Assembly: GCA_963844965.1 (NCBI GenBank)
Contig: CAWJQC010000004.1
Location: 96,001 to 160,000 of the forward strand
Length of the DNA: 64,000 bases
Source: an uncultured bacterium
GTDB lineage: Bacteria; Patescibacteriota; Minisyncoccia; UBA6257; 2-01-FULL-56-20
Reading direction: 5' to 3'
Below the pieces are notes generated by a model, which was not told the origin of the DNA, ran no database searches, and saw only the letters and a program-made list of their open reading frames with translations. A program made the position numbers and the translations under genes. Below are positions 28,085-37,569 of this stretch, in pieces. Position 1 is the first letter of the stretch, and each line of letters begins with the position of its first letter.

Positions 28085-29686
28085 CTAAAATTTTCGGGCT
28101 GTAGTATAGCGGCAGTACGCACCCTTGGGGTGGGTGTAGACCGGGTTCGACTCCCGGCAGCCCGACATAACGGAACTTGCATCAACTTTTTCAAAATCAA
28201 CGCGCTCGCTTCGCTCGCTGTCTTTATGCACGAGGGGCAAATGGAGAAGCAAATCCGTAACTACTTTCCATTCGTCTTTCCAATCCCAAAAAATTTCCCT
28301 GTCCCGCAGGCGGCGGTTCGTTCCGATTTTCCCCGCAAAGGATTTTATGGCGTCGAATTCTTCGGACGAAGCCAGTTTTGCCGCGTGAAACGCGGATATA
28401 ATCCATTCCCGCAATGGTTCGATCCAATAGTTTCCCCTCCGCCCGCAATCATCATTCTGCTTGGACAAGGAAACTTTAGTTTTGATAAGCTCGTCCTTTT
28501 TGGCAAGATAGATTTCTTTTTCAATTGAGCCGTCCAAAAAGGCGTTCACGAGCTTGTCTAATTTCTGCTCGGTTTCCTTGAGTTGGGTTTCGAGATTGCG
28601 GGCGGAATTCTCCGAAGATTGGATGCCTTCTTTTTCCCACGCTTCCACTTGAACCAGCATTTTCTCTTTCCAATCTTCGGGGATGGCGACCTCCGAGATT
28701 TTCTCTTTGAGCTGTTGCACGAGTAAATCTTCGCGCAGATAGCTTTGTGAACACGGGCCAAGCCGTTTCGTACAGCGATAATACTTGTAGAGGCCGCCGT
28801 TCCCTTTCGCGTATTGGGCGGTGATGGCCGCGCCGCACTCGCCGCAGGTGAGCAATCCGGTGAACGGGAAATAATGACGCTTCTTGGAGTGGCGCGGCTT
28901 GGCTTTGTTCCTCAAAACCTCCTGCACTTTCTTGAAGGTCGCCTCGGGAACTATCGGCAGGAAATTGCCGACATAGCTCTCGCCGTTGTGTTTTATCACT
29001 CCGAGATAGGCGGAGTTCGTGAGCATCCGTTGGAGCGTGGCCTTCGGCATGGGATTTCCCGTACCGCTCACGATGCCGAAAAACTGGAAGCGGGCGGCGA
29101 GCGTCTTTAGGGTGTGCCTCCCTTCGGCGTATTCCTCAAAAACTTTTCTGATGATTCTCGCCCGCACGGGGTCGGGTTCGATGTTCCGCGTCTTGGGATT
29201 GTTGAGGTAACCGAAGGGGGCTTTGGTCGGCCACTCGCCGCGCCGCAATTTCTGCCGGATGCCGCGCTTCACGTTCTCGGAAAGGTTATCGCTGTAATAC
29301 TTGGACTGGCCGAAGGCGACCTGCAACATGAAAAGTCCCTGCGGGGTCGGCTCAAACCAGAACGTCGGGAACTTCAGCGAGGCAATCTTCTGGGTATCGA
29401 TGAGGTAGATGATTTGGCCGCCGTCTATGGAGTTGCGAGCCAATCGGTCGGGATGCCACGCCAATATGCCGACGGGTTCTTTGCTCTCGTGAATTTTCTT
29501 GATAAGGTCGCCGAACACTTCCCTGCCCGGACTTTTCGCGCTCTTGCTCTCGATGAAGGTCTCGATAATCTTTATATGTTCCCGTTTAGCGAACTCGGCA
29601 AGCTCCGCGAGTTGGGCTTCAATGCTCATCACCTGCCGTTCCTCGTCCTCGGTGGACTTGCGGGCATAGAGGAAATATGGGGTCAT
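28085..29686 (-). CDS. large serine recombinase (integrase/invertase type); 3' end reads through the tRNA-Pro 3' end
   Basis: N-terminal YARKSTEDEERQVMSIEAQ resolvase catalytic domain, recombinase domain, zinc ribbon CGECG...YYRC, coiled coil. Last ~27 codons are the reverse complement of tRNA-Pro. Alternative C-terminus ...SQLLNAVRTYFIENPRD is preserved at 30050-30260. Confidence 0.8.
   Translation of the reverse strand: MTPYFLYARKSTEDEERQVMSIEAQLAELAEFAKREHIKIIETFIESKSAKSPGREVFGDLIKKIHESKEPVGILAWHPDRLARNSIDGGQIIYLIDTQKIASLKFPTFWFEPTPQGLFMLQVAFGQSKYYSDNLSENVKRGIRQKLRRGEWPTKAPFGYLNNPKTRNIEPDPVRARIIRKVFEEYAEGRHTLKTLAARFQFFGIVSGTGNPMPKATLQRMLTNSAYLGVIKHNGESYVGNFLPIVPEATFKKVQEVLRNKAKPRHSKKRHYFPFTGLLTCGECGAAITAQYAKGNGGLYKYYRCTKRLGPCSQSYLREDLLVQQLKEKISEVAIPEDWKEKMLVQVEAWEKEGIQSSENSARNLETQLKETEQKLDKLVNAFLDGSIEKEIYLAKKDELIKTKVSLSKQNDDCGRRGNYWIEPLREWIISAFHAAKLASSEEFDAIKSFAGKIGTNRRLRDREIFWDWKDEWKVVTDLLLHLPLVHKDSERSERVDFEKVDASSVMSGCRESNPVYTHPKGAYCRYTTARKF
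28095..28165 (+). tRNA. tRNA-Pro (anticodon GGG)
   Basis: Acceptor CGGGCUG/CAGCCCG, anticodon loop uuGGGgu, T-loop GGGTTCGACTCCC. Confidence 0.7.
28163..28321. repeat. IR-A left arm (recombinase 3' coding end), inverted copy at 30050-30208
   Basis: ~159 bp identical in inverted orientation; inner boundary at the tRNA-Pro 3' end. Confidence 0.85.
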
Positions 29687-29759
29687 ATCAATATTATAGC
29701 GTCATCACGCCATATAGCGCAATAGTGCCCTGCCTGATACGATATTCATAAGAATACTC

Positions 29760-29963
29760 ATGGATATAGCGGCTAAATTCGGACAGAAGATAAAGAGGTT
29801 GCGATTGAGCGGAAAGATGTCTCAAGGTGGCCTCGCCAAGAAGCTCGGCGTTGGTGCTTCCTATGTCAGCAAGATAGAGCGTGGCATACAAAACGTATCT
29901 CTTAAGGGCGTGGAGAAATTAGCCGATGCGTTGGGCGTACCACCCGACCGCCTCTTGAAATAA
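29760..29963 (+). CDS. XRE-family helix-turn-helix transcriptional regulator
   Basis: KRLRLSGKMSQGGLAKKLGVGASYVSKIERG; divergent from recombinase. Confidence 0.75.
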   Translation: MDIAAKFGQKIKRLRLSGKMSQGGLAKKLGVGASYVSKIERGIQNVSLKGVEKLADALGVPPDRLLK

Positions 29964-30049
29964 CTGGCCTCGTCCGAAAGTTTCGGATAGATAAAATCCG
30001 CAAGGGAAAAATCGGGACAAAGATTCTTTCTTGTCGCAATTCACTTGCG

Positions 30050-30208
30050 ACGAACCGCCGCCTGCGGGACAGGGAAATTTTTTGGGATTGGAAAGACGAA
30101 TGGAAAGTAGTTACGGATTTGCTTCTCCATTTGCCCCTCGTGCATAAAGACAGCGAGCGAAGCGAGCGCGTTGATTTTGAAAAAGTTGATGCAAGTTCCG
30201 TTATGTCG
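30050..30208. repeat. IR-A right arm
   Basis: Reverse complement of 28163-28321. Confidence 0.85.
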
Positions 30209-30580
30209 CAGTTGCTGAACGCTGTACGAACCTATTTTATCGAAAATCCGAGGGATTAGCCACCGGATTTACCCCTTCATTCACCCCTTCATTCGGGTAT
30301 GCTCGGAATGAAGGGGTAGCAAGTCCTGATTGCCCTGAAAACGCTGGGCTTTTTGACTCTCGCCGGACAAAACCAGAAGTCCTACTTCACTCCGGTTTGC
30401 CTAGTCAATCACCCCGTCAATCACGATTGACTACCCTGACGGCCATTCCGCCCTTACGAGACCTCGCTTTTCTCAAAAATCCTGACCCCCGACAATACCC
30501 CTAAACGGGTCTGTGCTCAGCCCCTCAGCCGCTCACTGTTGTTCGGGCTTCGGGGCTTCGCGTATGGCGCGCCCAAATTC
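30203..30580. repeat. IR-B left arm (~380 bp), inverted copy at 32562-32942; abuts IR-A right arm at shared TGTCG
   Basis: Near-perfect reverse-complement identity. Confidence 0.85.
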
Positions 30581-30719
30581 CTCCCCCAACCCCTCCTTTG
30601 GGGCGCGCCGAGGGCGGTTGCGGCAACCCTTGGAACAGGGTATGGTTGAGATATCCACGCATAGGCGATGAAGCTCGCCGCAACCGCCCTTAGGGGCTGA
30701 TAGCTTCTATCTCAAAAAG

Positions 30720-30923
30720 ATGGAAGTTTTTTATTTATTGCTCATCATAGGATTAATCTTCGGCTCGCTCGGTGCGCTCATGGCCTACCTCATCACCTAC
30801 AAGGAATGGATGCATCATTACACATCGCCGAAGATTCCCCGACGTATAGCTCTTGAGACGGCGGTGTTCACACTCGTCTTTTTCATTGTGGTCGCCATGC
30901 TCGTCGGGGCATTCGTCAAATAG
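30720..30923 (+). CDS. small two-TM membrane protein
   Basis: Hydrophobic 67-aa ORF. Confidence 0.35.
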   Translation: MEVFYLLLIIGLIFGSLGALMAYLITYKEWMHHYTSPKIPRRIALETAVFTLVFFIVVAMLVGAFVK

Positions 30924-30959
30924 CGGTTTCTTGCCTCCAGCCCCCCGATACGCTACGAC

Positions 30960-31919
30960 TTACAATATCGCGTTGAATAGATAGCCCGTAAAGACAATCC
31001 CTAACGCTACGATGCCAGCGAAAATGAGTATGAGTTTCGGCTTCATCACCTTTTTCAAAATCATGAACTCCGGCAGGGATAGCGCGGTAACGGACATCAT
31101 AAAAGCAAGTGTGGTGCCCATCGCCACGCCTTTTTCGGTTAATGCGCTCACGAGCGGAATAACGCCTGCGGCGTTGGAATAAAGCGGAATACCGATAAGG
31201 ACGGCGAGCGGCACGGCATACCACGTTCCGCCTCCTGCGTAGCGGGCGATGAGTGAGGCGGGGACGTATCCGTGAATCCACGCACCCACGCCGATGCCGA
31301 CAACGACGTACAACCAGACCCTTTTCAAAATATTCAGAACGTAATCCTTGGCGTAGACGACCCGCTCCTTCCTCGTCATGTGGGGCGAATCAAAGTTCCC
31401 ATTCGCGGCATTTTGATAGATAAACGGCTCGACCAGATTCTCCATTTTCATTTTGCCAATGATTGCTCCCGAAAGCATGGCGATGACAAGACCGCTCGTT
31501 ATATAGATTGCCGCTATCTTCCAACCGAAAAGACCAAGGAGCATCACGAGCGCAACCTCGTTAATCATCGGCGAGGCGACGAGGAAAGAGAAAGTTGTTC
31601 CTAAGGGCACGCCCGCCTGCACGAATCCCAAAAACAACGGGATGGCCGAGCAGGAGCAGAACGGCGTGACGATGCCGAGGAGCGAAGCAAGCACGTTTCC
31701 GACGTACTGTTTTTTATGCGCCAAGACCGCACGCACTTTCTCCGGCGGCAAATAGGAACGGACGATGGACACGGCGAAGATGATGACCGCAAGGAGTAGA
31801 AATATCTTCGTCGTATCAAGGATAAAGAAATCTACCGCGCTTCCAAGGAGTGTGTTCGGCGCGATGCGGAACAGGCCATAAGTCATCCAGTCGGCCAATA
31901 ACTGGAGGGGGTAAAACAT
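30960..31919 (-). CDS. permease (COG0701/DUF318 family, ArsP-like)
   Basis: Multi-TM with paired CxC/CSC motifs (PFCSCSAIP); follows the ArsR and thioredoxin-like genes in an operon-like arrangement. Confidence 0.55.
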   Translation of the reverse strand: MFYPLQLLADWMTYGLFRIAPNTLLGSAVDFFILDTTKIFLLLAVIIFAVSIVRSYLPPEKVRAVLAHKKQYVGNVLASLLGIVTPFCSCSAIPLFLGFVQAGVPLGTTFSFLVASPMINEVALVMLLGLFGWKIAAIYITSGLVIAMLSGAIIGKMKMENLVEPFIYQNAANGNFDSPHMTRKERVVYAKDYVLNILKRVWLYVVVGIGVGAWIHGYVPASLIARYAGGGTWYAVPLAVLIGIPLYSNAAGVIPLVSALTEKGVAMGTTLAFMMSVTALSLPEFMILKKVMKPKLILIFAGIVALGIVFTGYLFNAIL

Positions 31920-31921
31920 CG

Positions 31922-32164
31922 TTATTTTATATTTTGGGAGATTATCTGCCTTATCTTGTCTTTGTCGGGAACCGACCCGACCAATACCGCCTTGCCATCC
32001 ATTGCCAAGACGGGGCTGGACAGCAAACCCATCGCGGCGATTTTCTGAATGTCGTTCACATACTCGACCTCCGTCCCCAAGTTCAATTCCTCGACCGCCT
32101 TTTTAGTCAGCTCAAACAGCTTTTTGCACTTTTGACAGCCCGAACCCAACACTTGAATCTTCAT
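31922..32164 (-). CDS. thioredoxin-fold redox-active disulfide protein 2-like
   Basis: MKIQVLGSGCQKC...; 80 aa. Confidence 0.6.
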   Translation of the reverse strand: MKIQVLGSGCQKCKKLFELTKKAVEELNLGTEVEYVNDIQKIAAMGLLSSPVLAMDGKAVLVGSVPDKDKIRQIISQNIK

Positions 32165-32168
32165 GTTG

Positions 32169-32489
32169 TTATTTGATTTGCTTTATCATCTGTACAAATT
32201 TCCGACCTTTCTTCGTTAATCGGTATTCCACGAACGTGCTTTCTTTGGAGCTTTCGATAATGCCTCCGTCGGCCAAATCCTTGAGATGATGGGAGAGGAG
32301 GGTTTGCGACAATCCCGTATGCGTTTCGAGGTCGCAGACGCAATGAGGGGCTTTATACAAAAGCGAGAGCATGGCGATTCTGCTTGGGGCGGAAACGAGC
32401 TTCATCTGCTCCGCCACGGGGTTGAACTCCGCGAGGTCAACCTTATCGTGAGGCCGTACCTTGCATACACACCGCTTATATATGAACAT
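32169..32489 (-). CDS. arsR: ArsR/SmtB-family metalloregulatory repressor
   Basis: HCVCDL metal-binding motif, LSHHLKDL recognition helix. Confidence 0.7.
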   Translation of the reverse strand: MFIYKRCVCKVRPHDKVDLAEFNPVAEQMKLVSAPSRIAMLSLLYKAPHCVCDLETHTGLSQTLLSHHLKDLADGGIIESSKESTFVEYRLTKKGRKFVQMIKQIK

Positions 32490-32561
32490 GCGTTCATATT
32501 ATAGCGATGCCCAGAGTGCGTCAAGTATGACCACGGCCATGCGGCCGTGAGCTATTTTGGG

Positions 32562-32942
32562 GGAGGAATTTGGGCGCGCCATACGCGAAGCCCCGAAGCC
32601 CGAACAACAGTGAGCGGCTGAGGGGCTGAGCACAGACCCGTTTAGGGGTATTGTCGGGGGTCAGGATTTTTGAGAAAAGCGAGGTCTCGTAAGGGCGGAA
32701 TGGCCGTCAGGGTAGTCAATCGTGATTGACGGGGTGATTGACTAGGCAAACCGGAGTGAAGTAGGACTTCTGGTTTTGTCCGGCGAGAGTCAAAAAGCCC
32801 AGCGTTTTCAGGGCAATCAGGACTTGCTACCCCTTCATTCCGAGCATACCCGAATGAAGGGGTGAATGAAGGGGTAAATCCGGTGGCTAATCCCTCGGAT
32901 TTTCGATAAAATAGGTTCGTACAGCGTTCAGCAACTGCGACA
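32562..32942. repeat. IR-B right arm
   Basis: Reverse complement of 30203-30580. Confidence 0.85.
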
Positions 32943-33164
32943 ATAAATAAAAACGGCGAGGTAAACTCGTCGCCTTTAGGTCCCACTTTAGACGTCCCGG
33001 CCAACTGCCAGGTGGGCTCCTCAGTCGGACTTACCGGGATCAACTGTTTTAAGAGCCGACCCACCGAGTCTGACTATTGCGGATCCCTAAATAGATTGTT
33101 TGATCCGGAATCTACAAGTGGGATTGTTTTTATCATAACATAAAGCGAGGTGAACGCAATGTGA

Positions 33165-33235
33165 ACCCCCACACCCAACGAGGAGTGCTGGTAACAACGC
33201 ACAAGGCATTGCTCCTCGTTAGGTGTGGGGGTGAA
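33165..33235. repeat. palindromic hairpin element (cccccacacccaacgaggag...ctcctcgttaggtgtggggg), same family as 8275-8345
   Basis: Imperfect 20-bp stems. Confidence 0.65.
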
Positions 33236-33454
33236 TTCAACGAAAAAGTGCATAAGTTACAAACCAGTGATTGATAAAGCACAGGTTTTCGGTTATAAAG
33301 CTTAATATATGCCCGGTACTACAACTTTGACGACGCCACTCTGTGCTTATATGTTTTATTCGGCAACAGCGGCCATAATAAACGGCCCGCACAAAGTTTT
33401 GTTACCAGGCAAACGGTCAAGGTCGCAGCATAAATCAAAGTTGTAGCACTGGGT

Positions 33455-34777
33455 ATGACCAAAAAAAGGCGGCGAATCATATTTTATACGCTTCTTCTCC
33501 TTTTTATTCTCGCGGGGGCGAGCGTCATTCTGTACGTAAACGGCTGGAGATTCAATTTCACGACATTCAGATTGGGGAAGGTCGGGGCCATATACGTCCG
33601 AAGCTATCCCCCCCAGGCGAACATGTATCTCGGCGGCCGGTCGGTGGAGAACAAATCCGGATTTTTCCAGAAAGGCACTTTCGTGAGCGACCTTTTTCCT
33701 AAGAACTACAAGCTTAAACTCACCCTGGATGGTTACGAAACTTGGGAAGAAAATGTCCCAGTTTTGCCGTCACTCGTGAGCGAGGTGAAATACGCGGTCC
33801 TTATACCGGAAAATTCCCGAATGGCTGCCACGGGGACTTTCAAAAACTTCTGGCTGCTCGGCAGCGGGGCGCTCACGGAAAACGCCGGAAATAATCTGCT
33901 CTACGACGGCAAAAAAATCGGCGCCGGCAGCGCCGCGGGATGGACGAGCGATTTCAAAAATATTCTCATACACAATGAGGCGCTTGGTAGCTATTCCCTG
34001 TACAACACCGACACCGCAAGCAGCACCGACGTGAATCTCCTCCTGAAAAAATCCAAATTCAACACGAAGCAGGATTTTGAAGTTTTCGCGGATTCGGAGG
34101 ACAAGAGAACACTCATAGTCCGGCAGCAGAATAAATTATACGCGCTGAACATCGGGGAGCCGTCGCTCACGAGTATTTACAAAACAAATCTGGAGCTCGG
34201 AGAAAAAATCGTATCGTCCCAATTCTATTACGCCTGGACGGAATGGAATGTCGCGGAAAATACTTCCACCCTTGTCGTTTACGACAAATTTCTGCAAAGA
34301 ATCAGACCGGAACTGCCAGAACTTCACGGCAAAAACTCGGAACTTGAGTGGATAAACGGAACGAACGAGATCGCCTTGCTTCAGGACGACGGCAGTTTAT
34401 ACACCTACGACATTTCAAGCGATAACATGCAAAAAATCGCCGACGACGTGAAAACATTTGCGTTCACGGACGGTGGCGACGCAGTGGCCGCCCTCGAACA
34501 CCGGTCGCTGGAAATCTTCTTCTTCAACGCGGACAAGGATTACTACCGTTTCAATTTGCCGGATGTCGGCCGCGCCGAAAGTATCATCTGGTACTCCGAC
34601 AAGAACCATCTGTTCGTCGTTTACCCCGGCGAGATAAAATTCCTGGACATTCAAGACGCTTCGCTTGATTACTTCCCCGTTGTCGCCGAGGGCCACCTGC
34701 CGCAATATGACGAGAAAAACAACATTCTCTATCTCGTGGCAAACGATGGCCTGAAAACGCTGGATTTTCCGAAGTGA
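33455..34777 (+). CDS. membrane-anchored protein with PEGA-like beta-sandwich domain
   Basis: N-terminal TM; GAIYVRSYPPQANMYLGG...YKLKLTLDGYETWEENVPV. Confidence 0.4.
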   Translation: MTKKRRRIIFYTLLLLFILAGASVILYVNGWRFNFTTFRLGKVGAIYVRSYPPQANMYLGGRSVENKSGFFQKGTFVSDLFPKNYKLKLTLDGYETWEENVPVLPSLVSEVKYAVLIPENSRMAATGTFKNFWLLGSGALTENAGNNLLYDGKKIGAGSAAGWTSDFKNILIHNEALGSYSLYNTDTASSTDVNLLLKKSKFNTKQDFEVFADSEDKRTLIVRQQNKLYALNIGEPSLTSIYKTNLELGEKIVSSQFYYAWTEWNVAENTSTLVVYDKFLQRIRPELPELHGKNSELEWINGTNEIALLQDDGSLYTYDISSDNMQKIADDVKTFAFTDGGDAVAALEHRSLEIFFFNADKDYYRFNLPDVGRAESIIWYSDKNHLFVVYPGEIKFLDIQDASLDYFPVVAEGHLPQYDEKNNILYLVANDGLKTLDFPK

Positions 34778-34863
34778 GCGGGGTGGAAAGATTCGCTGAG
34801 TCGGTTACGAAAACAGCCCCGATTTTCTCGGAGTTGTTGTACATTTCTGCCCACGGTATCGCT

Positions 34864-35649
34864 TTACCGTTTCTCCCATTTATTCAATTTATTCTGCTCG
34901 TCCTGTTGAAGCGTCTGGAGGGCTTCCTTAACGGTTGTCATGAACTGCGCCGGGAAAATTATCGTGGAATTCTTTTCGGTGGCTATCTCCGCCATGGTCT
35001 GGAGCGTGCGGAGCTGGAGCGCAACGGGATGGGTCGCAATGATATCAGCCGCTTGCCCCAATTTTTCAGCCGCTTGAAATTCACCTTGCGCGGCGACGAT
35101 CTTCGCCCGGCGCTCGCGTTCGGCTTCGGCCTCTTTCGCCATGGCTCTTTGCATGTTGTCGGGTAAAATAACGTCCTTAATTTCTACGGCGGTCACCTGG
35201 ATGCCCCACGGCTCCGTATGGACGTCTATCACATTTTTTATTTTTTCGTTTATATCAACCGTCTGCGACAAAAATTGGTCAAGCATAAATTGGCCCACGA
35301 CGTTCCTCACTGTCGTCTGGCTTATCTGATTCACCGCATCGTGGACGTTCTCTATCGCAACTACGGACTTCTGGGAATCCACCACGTGGTAATATGCCAC
35401 AGCTGCGATGTCTATTGAAACATTATCCTTTGTAATAATCTTCTGCGACGGGATATTCATCGTAACCGTCCGAAGCTCCACACGCACCATCCTCTCAAAA
35501 ATAGGAAGGATGTAAATCAGACCAGGACCACGCGCTCCAACAAGGCGGCCCAAGCGGAACACAACCGCTCGCTGATATTCCTTTATCACCTTAATCCCCG
35601 AGAGGAGCAAGACAACAATGATGATAGCTATGTACATGAGCCACTCCAT
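34864..35649 (-). CDS. SPFH/band-7 (stomatin/prohibitin-like) membrane protein
   Basis: [16 protein letters not shown]...[14 protein letters not shown]...[16 protein letters not shown]. Confidence 0.75.
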   Translation of the reverse strand: MEWLMYIAIIIVVLLLSGIKVIKEYQRAVVFRLGRLVGARGPGLIYILPIFERMVRVELRTVTMNIPSQKIITKDNVSIDIAAVAYYHVVDSQKSVVAIENVHDAVNQISQTTVRNVVGQFMLDQFLSQTVDINEKIKNVIDVHTEPWGIQVTAVEIKDVILPDNMQRAMAKEAEAERERRAKIVAAQGEFQAAEKLGQAADIIATHPVALQLRTLQTMAEIATEKNSTIIFPAQFMTTVKEALQTLQQDEQNKLNKWEKR

Positions 35650-35817
35650 GTAGTCATTATATACTATTGCGGGTATTAATAATAGGGAAACGCAGAAATG
35701 ATGATGCTTTAAAAGCCCACCTATCGCTTCGTCCACAAGTAAAAATCCGATACTATTGACAAATATTTTATTGCATACTAACCTACGGCCAGCTATCTCC
35801 AGCCAGGAGGTTATCCA

Positions 35818-36135
35818 ATGAAAATTCTGGGTTGTGCTGCAGTACCGCTAGTTTGCATCCAAATGACCGTCGGCGACATAGGAATCCCCGAAAAGGGCGG
35901 CATCGTCCCTTTACTAGAGAAACCAGAAGAAGGAAAATTGCGACTTTACATCCCCAAGAAACTCGCTAAGGAACTTTTTCCGGGAAGCGTAATCGAAGCT
36001 CTATGTGTGCCCACGCCGGATTTGTCGATGGGCTATCAAACTTTTGTCCTCGCCAAAAAAGATGGCGGCATCACGCGGGTGATATACTCAGCTGGAAACT
36101 ATTGGGCAGAGCAATTTCGCTCACTGGTTTTCTGA
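35818..36135 (+). CDS. hypothetical protein
   Basis: ORF only. Confidence 0.3.
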   Translation: MKILGCAAVPLVCIQMTVGDIGIPEKGGIVPLLEKPEEGKLRLYIPKKLAKELFPGSVIEALCVPTPDLSMGYQTFVLAKKDGGITRVIYSAGNYWAEQFRSLVF

Positions 36136-36212
36136 CAAGCTCCCAGAACAAAATCATGGGGCTCCGACCAAAATCGGGGCCTGTTTTTATATCTCCCGGC
36201 CGTGCAGCACTT

Positions 36213-36684
36213 CTAGCGCTTCGCCCACTGGGGAGCCCTTCGTGCTTTCTTTAAGCCGTATTTCTTTCTTTCCACCATGCGCGGGTCGCGGCGGAGGTAG
36301 CCGAGCTTACTCAGGCGCTTTTCAAAATCGGGGTTCTTCAGGGCGAGCGCGCGGGCAAGTCCCAAACGCACCGCCTCGGCTTGGGCATTGATGCCGCCGC
36401 CATAGACCTTAGCCGACACGTCATACTTGTCACCGAGCTTCATTTTCTCCAGCGGCGCGAAAGCCAGTAATATGCAAGCGCGACAGGTCAAAGTAATTCT
36501 TGTATCCTTCTTCGTTCACCAAAAACTTTCCGTGCCCGCCTAAAACTCGCACGCGCGCAATGGCGGTCTTTCTTCTTCCCACACCCTCAACGTATCTGTC
36601 CGGTTTTTTCACCGCCTTAACCGCGGAGACCTCTTTGGTTTCCTTCGTTTGGATCTTTTTTGCTGGTTCTTTCTTTGTTGGCAT
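36213..36684 (-). CDS. rpsI: 30S ribosomal protein S9 (two ORFs joined by apparent frameshift ~36430-36490)
   Basis: GRRKTAIARVRV... N-terminal part and ...YLRRDPRMVERKKYGLKKARRAPQWAKR C-terminal part, in different frames. Confidence 0.75.
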
Positions 36685-36708
36685 TTAAATAATATATTGG
36701 TACCGCCG

Positions 36709-37055
36709 TTATTTATCAACGAAGATCAAATTCTTCAACCTTTTTTGATTCAGAAAATTTTTGGGCAGCATGTGGCGCACCGTTTCCCTGAGCGTTTTCT
36801 CCGGATCTTTGGTAAAAACCTGCTCAAAAGTCTTTTCTTTCAGGGTGCCCCATGTAGCCGGTATGGCGATAATAGATCTTCTCTTTGAACTTTTTTCCGG
36901 TAACAACGAGGATCCTTGCAATTTTTCACGTATACTTTGTCACCACCGACGAGCCGCCGCTCGTATTTCGGGCTTTTCTTACCCTGTAAAATCAAAGCTA
37001 TCTCCGAGGCCAGTCGCCCCAATATCTTGTTTTTGGCATCTATGTGATAATCCAC
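36709..37055 (-). CDS. rplM: 50S ribosomal protein L13 (two apparent +1 frameshifts within ~75 bp near 36840-36930; GTG start)
   Basis: IDAKNKILGRLASEIA... then VTGKKFKEKIYYRHTGYMG (third frame) then ...VRHMLPKN. Confidence 0.7.
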
Positions 37056-37058
37056 AGA

Positions 37059-37127
<69 letters not shown>

Positions 37128-37132
37128 CTTTA

Positions 37133-37486
37133 TTATACGAATTCCACGGCTGCCAGCCGCGAACCGTCCCTTTTTCTGGACTTTTGAAGTTTGATGATCC
37201 TGAGATATCCGCCGGCGCGCGCAGCGTAACGCGGACCCAGTTCTTCATAAATTTTATTGGCGATCCTCGGATTGTGCACGCGTTTCAAGATAAGGCGGCG
37301 TGCCGCCAAATTCTGTTTTTTCGCGATGGTGACGAGGCGCTCCACAACCGGCCTGATGGCCTTAGCTCTCGCCTCGGTAGTTTCAATTCGTCCCACCTTT
37401 ACCAAATCGTTCGCGAGATTGCGTAAAAAAGCACGCCTCTGTCCCCTTAACCTGTGAAATTTTTTCCCTTCTTTTAAATGTCTCAT
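37133..37486 (-). CDS. rplQ: 50S ribosomal protein L17
   Basis: Typical bL17 sequence. Confidence 0.85.
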   Translation of the reverse strand: MRHLKEGKKFHRLRGQRRAFLRNLANDLVKVGRIETTEARAKAIRPVVERLVTIAKKQNLAARRLILKRVHNPRIANKIYEELGPRYAARAGGYLRIIKLQKSRKRDGSRLAAVEFV

Positions 37487-37489
37487 AAA

Positions 37490-37560
37490 CTAGAATCTAG
37501 AAAGTAGAATCTAGAAAGTAGAAGTCTTAGATTCTATTTTCTATTTTCCATTTTCTAGTT
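37490..37560. repeat. TAGAAAG/TAGAATC heptamer array plus inverted partner, directly 5' of rplQ start
   Basis: ctagaatctagaaagtagaatctagaaagtagaag...attctattttctattttccattttctag. Confidence 0.75.
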
Positions 37561-37569
37561 ACGGCGCTA

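Noticed and set aside
28020-28094. Second tRNA immediately upstream of tRNA-Pro (D-loop-like tataatggtag and a strong hairpin)
   Set aside because: No T-loop consensus; the hairpin is a loopless perfect palindrome (tgcctgccggcaggca) that cannot form a 7-nt anticodon loop.
28070-28528. ORF 28070-28528 (+) and the last 27 codons of the recombinase ORF
   Set aside because: The plus-strand ORF overlaps tRNA-Pro and the recombinase 3' end in a repeat. The recombinase tail is the reverse complement of the tRNA, a by-product of the junction, not a genuine C-terminus.
32642-33064. ORF 32642-33064 (-)
   Set aside because: It lies wholly inside inverted repeat IR-B; its mirror sequence at 30240-30600 is non-coding, and the translation is low complexity.
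32945-33110. SRP RNA / RNase P RNA / tmRNA
   Set aside because: No match to the conserved GGAAGCAGC (SRP domain IV), AGGAAAGUCCGGGCUC (RNase P) or tRNA-like 3' end motifs.
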